Source of the DNA: Lytechinus pictus
Lineage: Eukaryota
Assembly (NCBI RefSeq): GCF_037042905.1
Contig: NC_087251.1
Location: 10,418,001-10,482,000, forward strand
DNA: 64,000 nt
Reading direction: 5' to 3'
Shown here piece after piece: positions 39,501-53,400 of this stretch (its first letter is position 1; the number at the start of each line of letters is the position of its first letter). Both the position numbers and the translations under genes were made by a program. A model generated the notes under the pieces. That model was not told the DNA's origin. It saw only the letters and a list, made by a program, of their open reading frames with translations, and did no database searches.

Positions 39501-39770
39501 TGAGCGAAGATGGACACGAACACCGAAGAACCGACGGTAAGTACAGTTTTTTAAAGTATTTGAGCTGATGAAATTAAAATAATGATATTACTTGTGCATA
39601 TTGGCCTGTATATTTAGATTGCCTTGATACTGAATGGTATTGGAGCAACAGTTTAGAGGTATAAAAATTGGTGCGACAAGACTCATTGTGGTCCCACCAA
39701 TGCCTTTTACTTTCGCGAAAGGTACGCGAGCTCGACAATTCTAACTTGTAGTTTGTAGTTGTACTAGACC

Positions 39771-39818
39771 TAACCCAGGAAGCTCCCGCCCGCTGCGCGG
39801 CGGGAGCTCCCTGGGTTA
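39771..39818. mobile_element. 48-bp palindromic micro-element with a 9-bp TSD
   Basis: TACTAGACC|TAACCCAGGAAGCTCCCGCC..GGCGGGAGCTCCCTGGGTTA|TACTAGACC. Confidence 0.75.
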
Positions 39819-39884
39819 TACTAGACCTAGACTAGAGCTATACTTAGTCTAGGTAATTTATCCAATGTACAAGGTTATGATACA

Positions 39885-41020
39885 ACCTTGTCCTGAGTTA
39901 GTAATCCCTGTGTGGTGAAATAAGGTGGGTATAATGTTTGGGTTTTTTCTCTTGTTTGGGGGGATGAATGCGTGATTTGTTTTGACAATGAAAGTAGTAG
40001 AATGAATTCTTTTACTTATTCTTTCTGAATTAAAAAGAGAGTCTGTGACTATGGAGATGGAGAATGCCATCAATCTCAGTTTTCCACCAATAGAGGTTGT
40101 CATAAATATCTGCCTAAAATTAAAGAGTTTTTTTTTTTTTTTTTGCGCTCTGGTGAATAAAAAAAAAATGATTCCCCAAAGTCTAGAAAATCATAACTTA
40201 ATCAATGGCAACTGATTTTTTTATTGTCACAAAGGGTATTTTAAAGACTTTTTGAGTGTGTGTTGTATGATGCATAGATTCATCACATACAGGGTGGTTG
40301 CAGAGTGCAAGTGGTCTAGGCCTAGACATAAAAAGCCGTCAGATTCTGGGGATTTATTAATAATTTCTGACATTTAACTATCATCCCCACAGAGTTTTCC
40401 AAACTCGATCGCACTTTATCTTTATGGAGCACCTCGTCCTTGAATGTAATACATTGGATAAATGGTCTACGTGAGATCTATTAGTATTACTAATAGATGT
40501 AACGTAGACCACTTATCCAATGTTCACCTATAAATATTATGATAATCTTGTCCTCAGTTAAAAACCCATGTGTGTTAAAATTACATGAATAAGATTGTCA
40601 ATGTTTGACTTATTTCTCTTGATCTAGAAGGGATAAATGCTTGATTTCTTGGCACAGTCAGATTTTACTACAGTAGATTCTAATTCATCATAAAAAAAAT
40701 ATGTCTTGGCCCAAAACTAAATTGGATTCTTTAAATTATTTTTTTTCTAATTAGACTCTAAAGAGAGTCTGGAGATGAAGATCTGCATCAATCTCAGTTT
40801 TCCACCAATAGAGGTCACCAAAATATGCTCAAAATTAAAGCTTTTGAGCGCTCTGGACTTTCTGGTGAATAAAAATATGATTCCTAAGACTGGAACTGGG
40901 TGTTGTTGTTTTTTTTTCTTCACAAAACTCAAAAGTGATATTTTAAAGACTTATTTTAATGTATGTTAAATGTTTAATGTATGACCCACCACAGACGGTG
41001 GTTGCAGAGTGAAAGTGACG
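39885..41020 (+). repeat. Two copies (39885-40315, 40545-41020) of a ~430-bp interspersed repeat also found at 55860-56297
   Basis: Shared CCCTGTGTGGTGAAAT...CATCAATCTCAGTTTT..CCAATAGAGGT...GGTGGTTGCA.AGTG.AAGTG. Confidence 0.8.
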
Positions 41021-42077
41021 TAGACTTGGTCTTGGGAATCATTTTTTTTTTCATTCACCAGAGTGCTAAAAATCTTTAATTTTGTCATTTCGATGAGACA
41101 ATTGCCATTGTTATAAATTTAACTTCAACCTTGGAAAAATTACATGATTTTTTTTTGCAGGATGCTGAATGAGCACTTCATCATTGATATTTTTTGTAAC
41201 ATGAACTTTAGTGAAATTAGGTCTGATTTTGATGTATAAAATGGGTCAGTGTTCATTGTAAATTCCATCCATTCTTTATTCTTAAATTTTCCATTGTTTT
41301 GAAACAGGATGGACCGAGAGTAACATATAACGACGCCCAAGTTCAGGCGATATGTTCGTATGTGAGAGAGAATTACACTGAATTATTTCCGTGTAGTGAC
41401 AAGCCAAATGTAAGTACCACTTTATTGTAGAAACCATGACATTGTTTAATCCAAGTACCAGTTTAATTCATATGCAGACAATAGTTATTACACAGGATTC
41501 TTATTTCTGTAACTTGTTGTATCGCAATTTTCCCAATATTTCAAAGAAATTTTATTATTGCTATTTTATAATGTCAAAATTAAAGAAATAACCATCCAGA
41601 ATCGAGTTTTGTTTTATGAAGGTCCCTGCAACATTCAATAGTATGCATGCAAATTATCCTATAATCCTATTCAGCTTCATCTTTTTAAATGCAAGTTATC
41701 ATTTTTAATTTGTCTTTCTCAACCCTGTTTTCACCTCGAGCCATTTTCTCCATATCCTCCCAATCTTCCTCACAAAACATGTTTTGTTTCATTCAATGTT
41801 CCCAAATTGTTTTACTTGATAAATTGTATAATTGATCTTGTTTAAATTTAATTTCATATGCTTCATTAAATGAATGAATCTTGATTTGATTTTGAACTTT
41901 TAAAGTGTTTCTTGTGGTCATCTGCACAGACTTTTTATTGTTAAAAAAATATTGACATACACCTTTTTACATTTACAACATACAATGAACTAAATCTGTT
42001 TAATAAATAAAGAAATTATTAGTCTAGTAATGAAAATGGTAAAATTTATGTTCAAAATATCTAGGACATTTCATAAT

Positions 42078-42572
42078 TTTTGTCTCGCCTGCATAGCATA
42101 GCGAGACTATAGGCGCCGCTTTTCCGATGGCGATGATAGCAGCGGCGACGACGGCAGCGTCAACAATGAAATCTTGACCAAGGTTTATTTTATGAAATGT
42201 CATAACTTAGAAAGTATATGGACCTACATGTACTTCATGAAACTTGGACATAAGGGTAACCAAGTATCACTGCTCATCCTGCACAAATTTCCAGGTCAGA
42301 TTATGAAGGTCAAAGGTCATTTAAGGTAAATGAACTTTGACCATGGTTAAGTTTTTTTGAAATGTCAACATAACTTTAAAAGTTTAAAGGCCTTTTTCAT
42401 GATACTTGAACAAAGGATTAAACAAGTATTGCTGATTATCTTGCATCAGTGTCAGGTCACATGATCAAGGTCAAAGGTCATTTAGGGTAAATGAACGAAC
42501 GTTAACCATCAGCACTGCTGCTGTATTGAATTGCGTAATGCAGGCGAGACTGCCAGAGGCGTTCCACTTGTT
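42078..42572 (+). mobile_element. Non-autonomous Helentron/HINE-like element
   Basis: TTTTTGTCTCGCCTGCAT start, subterminal inverted ATGCAGGCGAGAC, internal AGGTCAAAGGTCA repeats, CTTGTT end. Confidence 0.6.
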
Positions 42573-42988
42573 ATTGAGTGTGTGTCATTCAGAACAAAAC
42601 ATCAAATTTGATAAACAAAACACAGATTTAATGCATTTTTTCGTCTACCTTTCAGACCAAAGGACGGGTTGCAGAGGCATGGGACAGGGCAGCCACCACA
42701 TTGATGAGTGGTGGTCTGCCCATTTCTAATGCCAAGAAGGCCCCTGGTGTGCACCTCCGGGACCTATGGCACAAGATGGTGTCGAGGGCCAAAAAGTACC
42801 GTGATGACCGTTCACGTACAGGTAAGATTGAGACATATTTCACGAACCTTGGTTACATTTTGAAATTATTGTATGTCCAACATATTAGAATATAAAGCGC
42901 TCAATCCAAAATTACAAGAGAGGGGGCTCTTTTGCGATATCTTCTCTCTAAGTTCATGGTTCTATAAAAGGATGATGATCAGGGTTAA

Positions 42989-43730
42989 CCATATCTAGGC
43001 CAGGGTATTTTGGGAGTTCATATGGCCGGGGGGGGGGGGGGGCCTCCCAGGCCCCCCCTTGAGATCTCGACCGCACGATCGCGCCAAAAATTGGCACGCA
43101 GGTTGTCTGGGATATAATCTACAAAATTGTATATAATTTCATGCGAATTGTTATTAAGTAATTATGCTAATTTATGCGTCATTAGTATGCGAAATCATAG
43201 TTTTTCCTCAAACTTCCTAAATAAGGCTCCAAATGTTCTAATTTTTGGCATAGAAATTCTTTGTGGTGTTCTTAGCAAGTTTGCATGAAAAAATTTGTGA
43301 TATCAGATCAATTTCTTATGTATTATACTGCTTTTTGCAATTTCTTTGTTTTTTTAACCCTTTGTTTTTCATTATTTTTGCAATGAAATTCGTTGGGGAC
43401 TCTTCTAAGATCATAAAATACATACATTTAGACCAGCAAAACTAAAAATCATCATACATTTATGATTTTTGGTTGAAAACACAATTTACATTGACTTTGT
43501 ACACAAAATTACGTTTTTGAGCAATTTTTGGTCTGACATGCACTTACATAATGTTGCGTAATTTCGTAACCGCGTACCCGGTTGATGCAAAATTGGTCTC
43601 AAAATTTGCGCAAGACTTGAAAGTAAAAAGTCAGGGAGCAGCGCGGTCAAAAAAATTTGCGTGGCGAAAATATCACGCGACTCGTTGAGGGGGGGCCTCG
43701 GAGCCCCCCCCCCCCCCGGCCTAGATAGGG
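42989..43730. mobile_element. piggyBac-type MITE
   Basis: TTAA|CCATATCTAGGCC ... GGCCTAGATAGGG|TTAA. Confidence 0.8.
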
Positions 43731-43890
43731 TTAAGCATGTCTCTGTTTTTCCAACCATGTACTTTTCTAGCAAGAAAAACTGTGGACGGCATGGGACAAA
43801 AATTGGAATTATAGTACAGTTTGAACTTTTAACTCTGAATTGGTTCTCGCACTTTCGTATATCGTGACACTTTGAATGCCCGTCGACAAT

Positions 43891-44124
43891 GGGTGATTTC
43901 AAGTTCGGTGTTGGCCTTGGTGTTGGTGTTGAAATTTCTATTGCTTCCCCTAGCTCCAAAACTTATTCAGAGTTTGTAAAACTGATCCAGATCACATTAT
44001 TGACATCTCAACAACTAGTGAGTGACTTTTCGGGACCATCCTCATTTTATGTTTGGTGTTATAATTGTGTAAAAATTGACCCAACACCAACACCAAAAGG
44101 TCAACACTGAACTTGAAATCACCC
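43891..44124. mobile_element. Harbinger/Tourist-like MITE
   Basis: AAT|GGGTGATTTCAAGTTCGGTGTTG ... CAACACTGAACTTGAAATCACCC|AAT. Confidence 0.8.
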
Positions 44125-46289
44125 AATATGTGTCCTGTTGTAACAATTTGTTTTTCCTTGTGAATTTATTCATCGTAGGATTTTAACAAGTATTGGTTCA
44201 TATAATATAGAATAAGATGCATGAAATACAAAAATTCCATGCTTGTTGATGAAATTGATTGATCATTGGAACCTTTGTAATGTTGTATCCTGTGCAAATT
44301 TGATTACTGTTTGTGCCAATTAGAATGTTGTTCATGTTTAATTGAATTAGATTTTCCTAAAAGTCAATCACATGTTGAAATCAAATGGACCTTAAATATT
44401 TGCTAAATAATTTTGATAGACATTGATAATTGATTTCACATCAGAATGAAGGAACTATCATTTATCCCAACGATAAGTTCATGAAGTTAGCAGGAAAATC
44501 CTTTAAACACATTAACTCATCTTAATAGGTGGTGGCCCTCGACCCAGATTCCATCAGCGCCATGAAATGGTCATGGAGGTGCTCCCTAAACCTGCATGCA
44601 TGGGCTTTCTCGGCCAAGAGAGTGAAGGAGGGAATTTAATTGCCTTAGTGAGTAATCATTTCTAATGCTTCACTTGCAACTCTTCTGTCATTCATATATT
44701 TCATGTATCCTCTGTATATTTCTTCTTCTCTTCTTACAATGGAAACAGAAACTTTGTCTGCAAACATACACCACCAGTTCTTGTGAAAACAATTACATAA
44801 GAATGCAAGAGTGGTGCCAAAGCACACCTGTGAATCTTGTACTACTTATTCTTCTCTTTCTCCTTTTCAAATCTACCTTTTGCTCTTGTTCATCTCCTAG
44901 ATCTTCAATATTTACATTTCTATGTTGTTATTAAAATGAGGAAAATTACCCGCTTTTTTTTGGGAGGGGGTACCTTTTAATAAGCTAGATTACCTCCCCC
45001 TAAATAAAACAAAAATTATGCATGTTGTAAATTGTAGTTTTACCATTTGATAAAACTAGTAAATTTTATGATCTGTGCAATCTCCCCTCCCAATTTCTCT
45101 CTCTCTTTTTTTTGAAGTTTTCCAATAGAAAGGGCATATTATCGCTTTACCCTAGAGACACCATTTTTTCAGTTTTCTAAAATGCAAATCTTGATGTTCT
45201 AAACATCAAAGTTTACATTTTCATTAGACATTTTATGAACATGTCACCCGGTATGCAGATACTTTTTTACTTGAAGAATAGATAGTGAAAGCAGCGTTAA
45301 TTCGTAGATACTGCTTTGAACTGATTTTTTTTTTTTAGATTTGGAAATGATTTTCATGATTATACAGATTTTTTTTCTATTTACTTTCTTAAATTGCAAA
45401 AAATTAGATTTGAATGTTCTTTCTATGTTCCTCAAACTCTTTAATTTTATTTATCACAGAAAAATGGAGTCTCTACAGCTTTCTTACTTAAAAAAGATGT
45501 AATGAAATTAGACCTTAAATGACACACAAAAAAATGATATTTGTAATATTCTTATGAAAATATCAATTTAATGATACATGCACTATTAACGATGATCTAC
45601 AGTAATAAATCTTCTTTGGATTAATAAAAAATATTTACAAAGTCTAAATGAGTTTTTGTTTTTTCATTGCTGATTAAAAAGTCTCTGTATTTCAAAGGTA
45701 AAAAATTTAACATTGTACTGTATTTAAATTTCAGCTAACGAATACGGAAGACTTTGATGACATGGAAGAGCAATATCAGACAACACGGCAGCATCAACAA
45801 CAGCAGCAGCGGCAGCAACAACAGCAACAACACCAGACACAGCAACAACAGTAACAACACCAGACACAGCAACAACACCAGACACAGCACCAGACCCAAC
45901 AACAACACCAGTCACTCCAGACCCAGCAACAGCAAGTGCAACCTTTGCAACAACAGCATCAACAAGATCGACGGCAAAAACCACAGCATTCTAACCTTCG
46001 ACAAGTGCAAAAAAGGAAAGCAGATTATCAGTGGGAGTTGCTGGAGTGTGAAAAGGAAAAGCTAGGTGTAATGAGGCAGAGACTAGAGGTTGAGAGAGAA
46101 AAAGTTCAAGTATTGAAGCAAATATTTAACAAACTTAGTGGCAATGTGTCAGAGAATGAAGCATAATTCCATAAACAATTTTGATAGAGTAAAGAAAGTA
46201 ATAACTATAAAGACCAATTTTGGAATAGTTAGAACAATCACGGTTTGAATGAAAGTGATTGGAAATAATTGCATTTATCATTAAATGCA

Positions 46290-49200
46290 TAGACAAGACC
46301 AATATGGGGAGAACTTGAGTTCAAGAAGCATTTTGGGGTAAAAGTTGGGAACCGGTCTATTTCACCTAATTTGAATGTGCTGAATCTGATAAGACCGGTT
46401 CCCAAGCCAATTTTTCATGTTTTGACCACCTAATTTGCATAAACAAAATGGCTGCCAAATTAAAAATTTATAATCTTATTTCTACAATATTCTTTTATAA
46501 TATTCGCTTTCACCGATATGGATACTGCAAAATCCTGCATACCTAACATGTACCATTCGGGAAAATTTGTTATTTCTGTTTGCGGCTAATTAATTATGCA
46601 AATTTATGCATATTTTGCAATATTATGCTATAATTTGATAATTACACCTAAAATGTTTATCATATTGGGTACAAATAGAATTTGTATCATTATGATAATT
46701 GTTTGGCCCTTAGATATAAAACTCAAGTCAATTTTTATATGTATTTTATTGTTATTTGATATTTCTTTTGTGTTCTTGTATTTTCTGCCATTTGCTTTGT
46801 ATATGTTTGATATGAGATCTTTAAAAAACTAATATCAATGGCAGACAAATATTAAGCTTCAATGATTGAATCATTTGATAAACTTCTTTTGCCACAACTG
46901 TTAATTGTACTCAGGAACAAATACACACACATGCTCCCACACCCACACCTGTATATAGAAAGTAATATACTTGCAAGGTATAGTAGACATGCCCAATATA
47001 AAAACATTGATGCTGATCCTATAATCATGACAATTACCAAATTCAATGAACCAGTAAGAAAAGAAGAGTTTAGAAGTTGGAAAACCTGTAATCATGCTGA
47101 ACTTAAATTTCTTAAAATAGATATATTAAAATGTTTTATAATGAATTAAACGTATGATTTACGCAGTGTAGTTTATCAATCGGACATAAGTATCAGTACA
47201 TTGTTATTATCCTTGTAGCAAAATTATATTTTTGATTCAGCTTCATCAGAACTGCAATCATGGCAGTTAACCAAAGAACAATTTGTAATAAATGCAAAGG
47301 GTCTGTATTACTGGATCACTTACTAGGTTTTTTTTGGTCATTACCGATTTATTTATTTATTTGGCAACGATACATTTTCCCCAAGTCAACCATGAAAGTG
47401 ATAACTGAAAACCACAGCTTTTATCCAATCCTTGCCTTGGAAGATTCTTTGACGAACGATACTGAATACAGAAGAGGAAATTATAAAAACATGGGGCTAA
47501 ACACAGATTAGCTCCATGGTTAAAACATGGGAAAAACAAGAAGGTTTCCAGCCCAGTCACTGCCCAATGCAGATCAAATTTTCACAGTGTGTCCTATGGT
47601 TAAAAAGTGCTAGAGATGCCTGTTGAAGGTAAACCAGCATGGAGACAGTTGCAGAAGTCCAGTCTAGAGGTTATCCAGTCATGGATGATATTTTCTGCAC
47701 CAACTCATGTAAGACAATGTCTGATCTCAGCAATTCTGTGGAGCAGGTAATATGCAGATTGGCAGACATGTGATGTGTGTTTCTTCATGCTCATTGTTCT
47801 ATCAAAGACTACGCCAAGAGATCTAGCCTTGCATACTGGAGAGATATAGCTTCCTCACCTATTAAGACTGGAGTTGTAGTCATAATAATTACGCATATAT
47901 GGAGATGACAGAACAAGATACTTCGCTTTTTATTGTTAAGCTCCAGGAAGTTGACCTTCATCCTACATCGAATCCTCAATGGCAGCACCAACAACAGCAG
48001 CTGCACGAACATCTGGATCTTTAACTTTTGGATCAAAAGTGAGGTATACAGCTGGATGTCATCAGCATGGAAGTGTATACCAAGACCATGTTGCCACATT
48101 ACAGAGCCAAGAGGAGTGATGTACAGTTTGAAGAACAAGGGACAAGGACAGACTCCCAAGGAACTCCATATCAAAGGGTAGTCACAGGAGACTGCATGCC
48201 AGTGATGAATACAGCTTCATACAGCTCTGTTAAACTTGCCATTGGAGTGCAGAATCATCAATTCCAAAACAGACTGTCAGTCTCCCAAGAAGAATGACAT
48301 ATTCACTGGTATAAAAACCGGTTGACAAGTCATACATAACTTAGGCAACTGCTTTCCTCATAGAAAGAGAAATCCTGGCTCTACAATCGAAGAAATTCTC
48401 GACCTAGACTTTGATGGTGATATCTCAGACTCGCATGCAGCATATTAGAGCTGGGTAAGCAATTGGATGCTGTTGGGTTTAATACCGATCAAAATAAGTG
48501 GATTAAAATTCACCTAAATGAACGCCAAACATGCCAGGAACCCACCATCCTCTGAAAGATATCTTCGTTATCAATTTGAAATAGTCTATCTTATGAAGAT
48601 ATGAAGATGTGTGAATATTAGAAGTTCGATAAATGGCCTAGAAGACATAACACAATTCACTGCGGTATTAAAAAGGTGCACTCCGAGCATTTTAACACCT
48701 GAAACAAGATCTGGTTAGACAGCAGATTCTCTCTCAAGACATGCAAGACAAAAGTTTAGGTTTTCTCTATGGATCTGTGACATGAGAATCGGACATATCT
48801 CAAGAACACAAACACAATGACTTCGATACGGACTGCCTCCGCAGAATACTTGTACTAAATTGGTTTGATTTCAACAATTAGAGATGACTTTTATAATATG
48901 AGGCTGCCCTATCAATCAAGCCATCCAATGGAACACCAAATCGATGATAACTGACATTGATCATTCAACACCCCGAAGGTAAAGGTGTATATCAAGCTGG
49001 GGGAAGCTGGATGCCTCTAAGTTGGATGAAGCGGCAATCCTTGATAGGACAGGTGCAGTACTGCATTGGAAAAGATATATTATGGAGATGCACATGTAAT
49101 CCGTTAATGAAGTCCAACGATAAAAAATTGTTATTTAAAGGATATGCAGTGACTTATTCCTTGTGGAACTTTAGAACATCAGTCTGGCTTTTAAAACACG

Positions 49201-50357
49201 GAAAACGGTCTAATTGATAGGTAAAATGAGAAATTAGATGGATTATATGTGGGTTCAGTTCTGATAATTTTTTTTCAAAATTGGGACAATTTGAAAAGCG
49301 TAATGGAGAAAAACACAAGACATCTCATTTTCAGCAGACTGTTTTCACTTCATTTTGCTGAAGAAAAACACACTAAATATATATACATGTATGTATGATC
49401 AGCTTCTGTTGGTCGGGAACATAACTACTTCAAAGGATATTAAATGCAACTGATTGACTATTAGGAGTTGAGAATTACAGTACTGCTATGATTCAAATTT
49501 AATAATTCATCATCTAAAATTGTAAATATGAATGAATTGATTGATATCATAATTCAAGATACCATTTTATAATAAAAATATAAGCAATAATAGTGACATT
49601 CGCTTGAATACAGATAGGTTCATGAAATTCGTTGGATCTCCATCAGTGTGCTTTTAAATGGGAACGCCCTCCGTGCAGGAGTTTACCTTTGTATGCAGAT
49701 GTGGGTGTGGGAGTGGGTGCATCTGTTTATGCCCATGGATATATGCGAATAAAAAAGTGATTACATAATTAAATCATTGAAGCTAATTATTTTCTGCCAC
49801 TGATAATCAATAATTTGACAGATCCCATAACAAAACATGTACAAAGCAAAAGGTACAAAATACAAAGAAATACATAAGAAATTCAAAAACAATAAAATAC
49901 ATTATTATCACTGGGATATTATATTCTAAGGGCCGTACAATTATTTATAATGATGTAAATGCTATTTGTACCAAAAATATAAACATTTGAGCTGAAATTA
50001 TCAAATTATAGCATAATGATCCAAAATATGCATAAATTTGCATAATTAATTAGCCGCAAACAAAATTAACAAGTTTTCCCCAAAGGGACACGTATGTATG
50101 CAGGATTTTGCAGTATTCATGTCTGTGAAAGCGAATATAATTAAAGAACATTGTCGAAATAATATTCTGAATTGTCAATTTGGCAGCCATTTTGTTTATG
50201 CAAATTAGGTGGTCAAAACATGAGAAATTAGCTTGGGAACCGATCTTATCAGATTTGTCATATTTGAATTGTGTGAAATAGTCCAGTTCCCAACTTTTAC
50301 CCCAAAATGCTCCTTAAAGTTTATATAGGCCTCTTTTTCCAGAATGGGTCTAGTCTA
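46290..50357. mobile_element. Non-autonomous Academ-like element with ~650-bp imperfect TIRs
   Basis: GCA|TAGACAAGACC ... GGTCTAGTCTA|GCA (TAG..CTA termini, 3-bp TSD); 46290-46950 is an inverted match of 49690-50357. Confidence 0.75.
47810..48290 (-). pseudogene. L2/CR1-type LINE reverse transcriptase fragment
   Basis: GVP..SVL.P, LYITPLG, HFHADDIQLY (YADD box) and M..NFLELN..K; frameshifted. Confidence 0.75.
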
Positions 50358-50493
50358 GCACACAAAGGTACTGTGTTCTAATTTGTTTCATTAGATATGG
50401 TTTCAAATGAAAACTTACAATTGATGATTAGGAATTTTATAGCAACCAGACAATAGTAAAGGACTTTTTCTTCAAAAGTTTGGTACTTTTCCT

Positions 50494-53400
50494 TCAAAAG
50501 TTTGGTATTAAAACCGACGTCAGATAAAGTTTGGTACAAGTAAATTTAAAGGATGACAAACTGACAGTGGATTTATGCAAAAAAATACGAATGATGTCAT
50601 CTCTAACTTGTTTTCCTGTCATGGCATCCCCCTCTTCATTGAGGTCATTGGCTTCATCATCAGCGTCGTCGTCAACCCTCTCCTGTTCAACCTCTGGCTG
50701 CTTCATCTGCTTGCTTATGTTATGAAGGCAGGCACATGCCGTTATAACATCGCTCGCTCGTTCAGGAATCAAGTTGAGCCCTCCACCAATCAGGCAACGG
50801 AATTTAGACTTCAATTGTCCGTTGACTTGTTCTATCACAGCTCTGGTGCAACTGTGAGCTCTGTTTGAAAATGAGAGAGAGAAGATTAATAGGACTACTA
50901 ATTTTCTTCTCAGAGGTCTTTTAACCCTAACTAGGCCTGGCTTTTTTGGTTGTTCTGTGGCCGTAGGGGGTTGATTCACCCCCCCCCCCCGGCCGTTTTT
51001 TGTATGAAGGAAGAAACAATGTTATCTATGATGATCTCAGGATTTTTTTTTTCTTCTTGCTCCTTTACTCTTACACATGATTATTGTGAGTGAAGTTTCA
51101 AATGCCATGTTATCTGTTGTAAGATAAATATGATATTGGTATACAGTGGACAGGTAATGCAGTAGGTATTATTAACTAAAAAATTGTGGCATTGATGTTA
51201 CATACTGATTATATCTTCTCTCTCCTCGTGTTCTTGGCAGTGGTACCGGTGTCATTAGCCACGATTGGAGGCCGTAGCCAGAGTCCCCCAGCAACAATCC
51301 ATTTAGTGCACCTTCTCTGAAGGCCTGGGCAATTACGCTGGTCTGTTGAAATGAGAGCAAGACATTTCCTATGAAAATTTCCCCCTCAGTTTTCTTCTGG
51401 CATTTGTATAAAGAGTGACTAACATTGTAACTTTAGCTTCATTATTCCTCTATACCACAATTTGCTTCCTTCTGGCTTGAATTAGCAGTGGTTGTTATTG
51501 ACGAAATCCCCAATCTATAGCTATGAGGTACATTTACATTTTATAGTATTCATTGTACTGAAAATTTCTTTTTGTTCAGTATAATGTTTCAAATTCCTAG
51601 TTATGGCTCCAGGTTCATTTTATAGCCCTACCTATGAATTCATCTAACTTTAAATAATAATAATAATATACAACATTTATAAAGCACTTTATACAGTTCA
51701 AGAATAATAACTGAGTCATGTTGATTTTTTTTTTCATGTTATCTATTTTTTGTTGTTTTGGGGGGGGGGGGAGGGGGAAGGGAGGATAAAAAACCTTCAA
51801 ATTTTACCCTGCAAATCCTGCTATCGTGAGTAGATCCAGGCCATCGAGCAGAAATGCTCGTTATCTCATACCGGGCATTGCATGTTAGTTGGACATTTAT
51901 ACTGTAGAAGCCCATTCTGTTTACATAGAGATGTTCGGCTGCTCCTAGGGGGACTCCATTGATCCGAACATGAGTACCGTCAATAGCCCCAACCACGTTG
52001 GGAAAGCTTGCCAGAAGGAAGAAACGTCTTTGGGTATTACGCACTTCTTCTTGTGTGCAGGGAAATTTAATGAACTGTAGAAAAATGATTGATAAAAAAA
52101 GAATTGTTTGAATATTAAGACTCTCTTCATTTGAGATTAAGGCTAATGGAGCTTGCCTGCAAGGAATAAGAACTTGCTTTGTTGTTTTAACCAAGTATCC
52201 GATATATTGTGTTAACAAATGAAATAATATATGTACATATTTATATAGATATTGATTAACTCAATCGTATGCTCATATTGTACAACATCCAGTTAGCAGG
52301 TCAATATTTGTACATAAAATTACACATGTGCTAAATGTCCAGCAAGTAAGAAATGTCTTTAAATTATTTATAAATATGCATGATTTAGAATAATTATCAA
52401 GATGATAAAATTGAACAGAAGATATGAATATTTTTTCAATGAAAATGTTAACAGCAAAATTCCACACTAACACTCATGTGTATTTCTTTGATGTATTTTC
52501 TTGAAATTTGAAATAATTTATTAACTGCATGGTTACTTTCACATATTGTATTTTCTACAGAAAAGTAAAACAATTGTTGTACAAACATATTTATTTGATG
52601 CAGGATACAAATGAATATTGTTATAATGAATATTATTATATTGGATATTTTTATTGAAAAATATATATTTGAATTTAACACAGTATTGTTTAAAATAGCA
52701 ATATATAGTACAAGTAATATATGAAAATAAGATACCGGTACATGTTTGATGATTATTTATTAATAAATTCCAATCCCAGAATTAAAGCAATTGCCTCCCT
52801 ATATTTCTTTACTTTTTGGATGTTGTCTCTATTTTGCATATGTTCCAGGTAACTAACAATTGCTGTAAATACATATTTTATGTGGTGGGTAATTATAAAT
52901 GATAATATTTATGAATGAATTTTATAATACCTGTATTTGTGAATTTAAAGAAAATATTTAAAATAACTGCCAGTAGTAATTAATGAAAACATATGTGTAA
53001 AATGAAATTGATTAATTAATGTTAGCAATAAAATTGTATGCTGTAAATTATAATAGATAACTTGCTTGCTTCTATTCCTTTACTTTTTGCAGATGGTATA
53101 GGGGATTAGCAATGAGCTGCCTTTATTTTTCCATCTTTCATAAAAATGTTCACATCTTCTACAGTTGATATGTTCATCTTTTTATAAGTTTTGAAATAAG
53201 AAAAAAATCATTGAGTTTTTTTAAGAAACATAATTAACTTGTAACATGTAGATTTACATATCTAATAAACCCTAGAAATATGAATAATAACTTTCCAAGA
53301 TATAGAGAATGCAGCTTTTTGATCCACCAATGTTGGATCTTTTTCATAAAGGGCTATTGAGAATATTTCTCCCCACTGCCTGTTCACTAATTTCTTTAGT

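Larger units (their letters stand above)
39510..46166 (+). pseudogene. Harbinger Myb/SANT-like DNA-binding protein; exons 39510-39536, 41308-41409, 42656-42821, 44529-44647, 45735-46166; one premature TAA at 45852
   Basis: In-phase GT-AG exons give ...YVRENYTELF...AEAWDRAA...LRDLWHKMVSRAKK...TGGGP, then a Gln-rich tract and a C-terminal coiled coil. Confidence 0.8.

Noticed and set aside
45724..46065. Val/Ala-rich antisense ORF and Asn/Ser-rich ORF
   Set aside because: Alternative frames of the CAA/CAG repeat exon
47560..49100. Residual Academ transposase coding sequence
   Set aside because: Only scattered Cys-rich fragments; too decayed to support a call by eye
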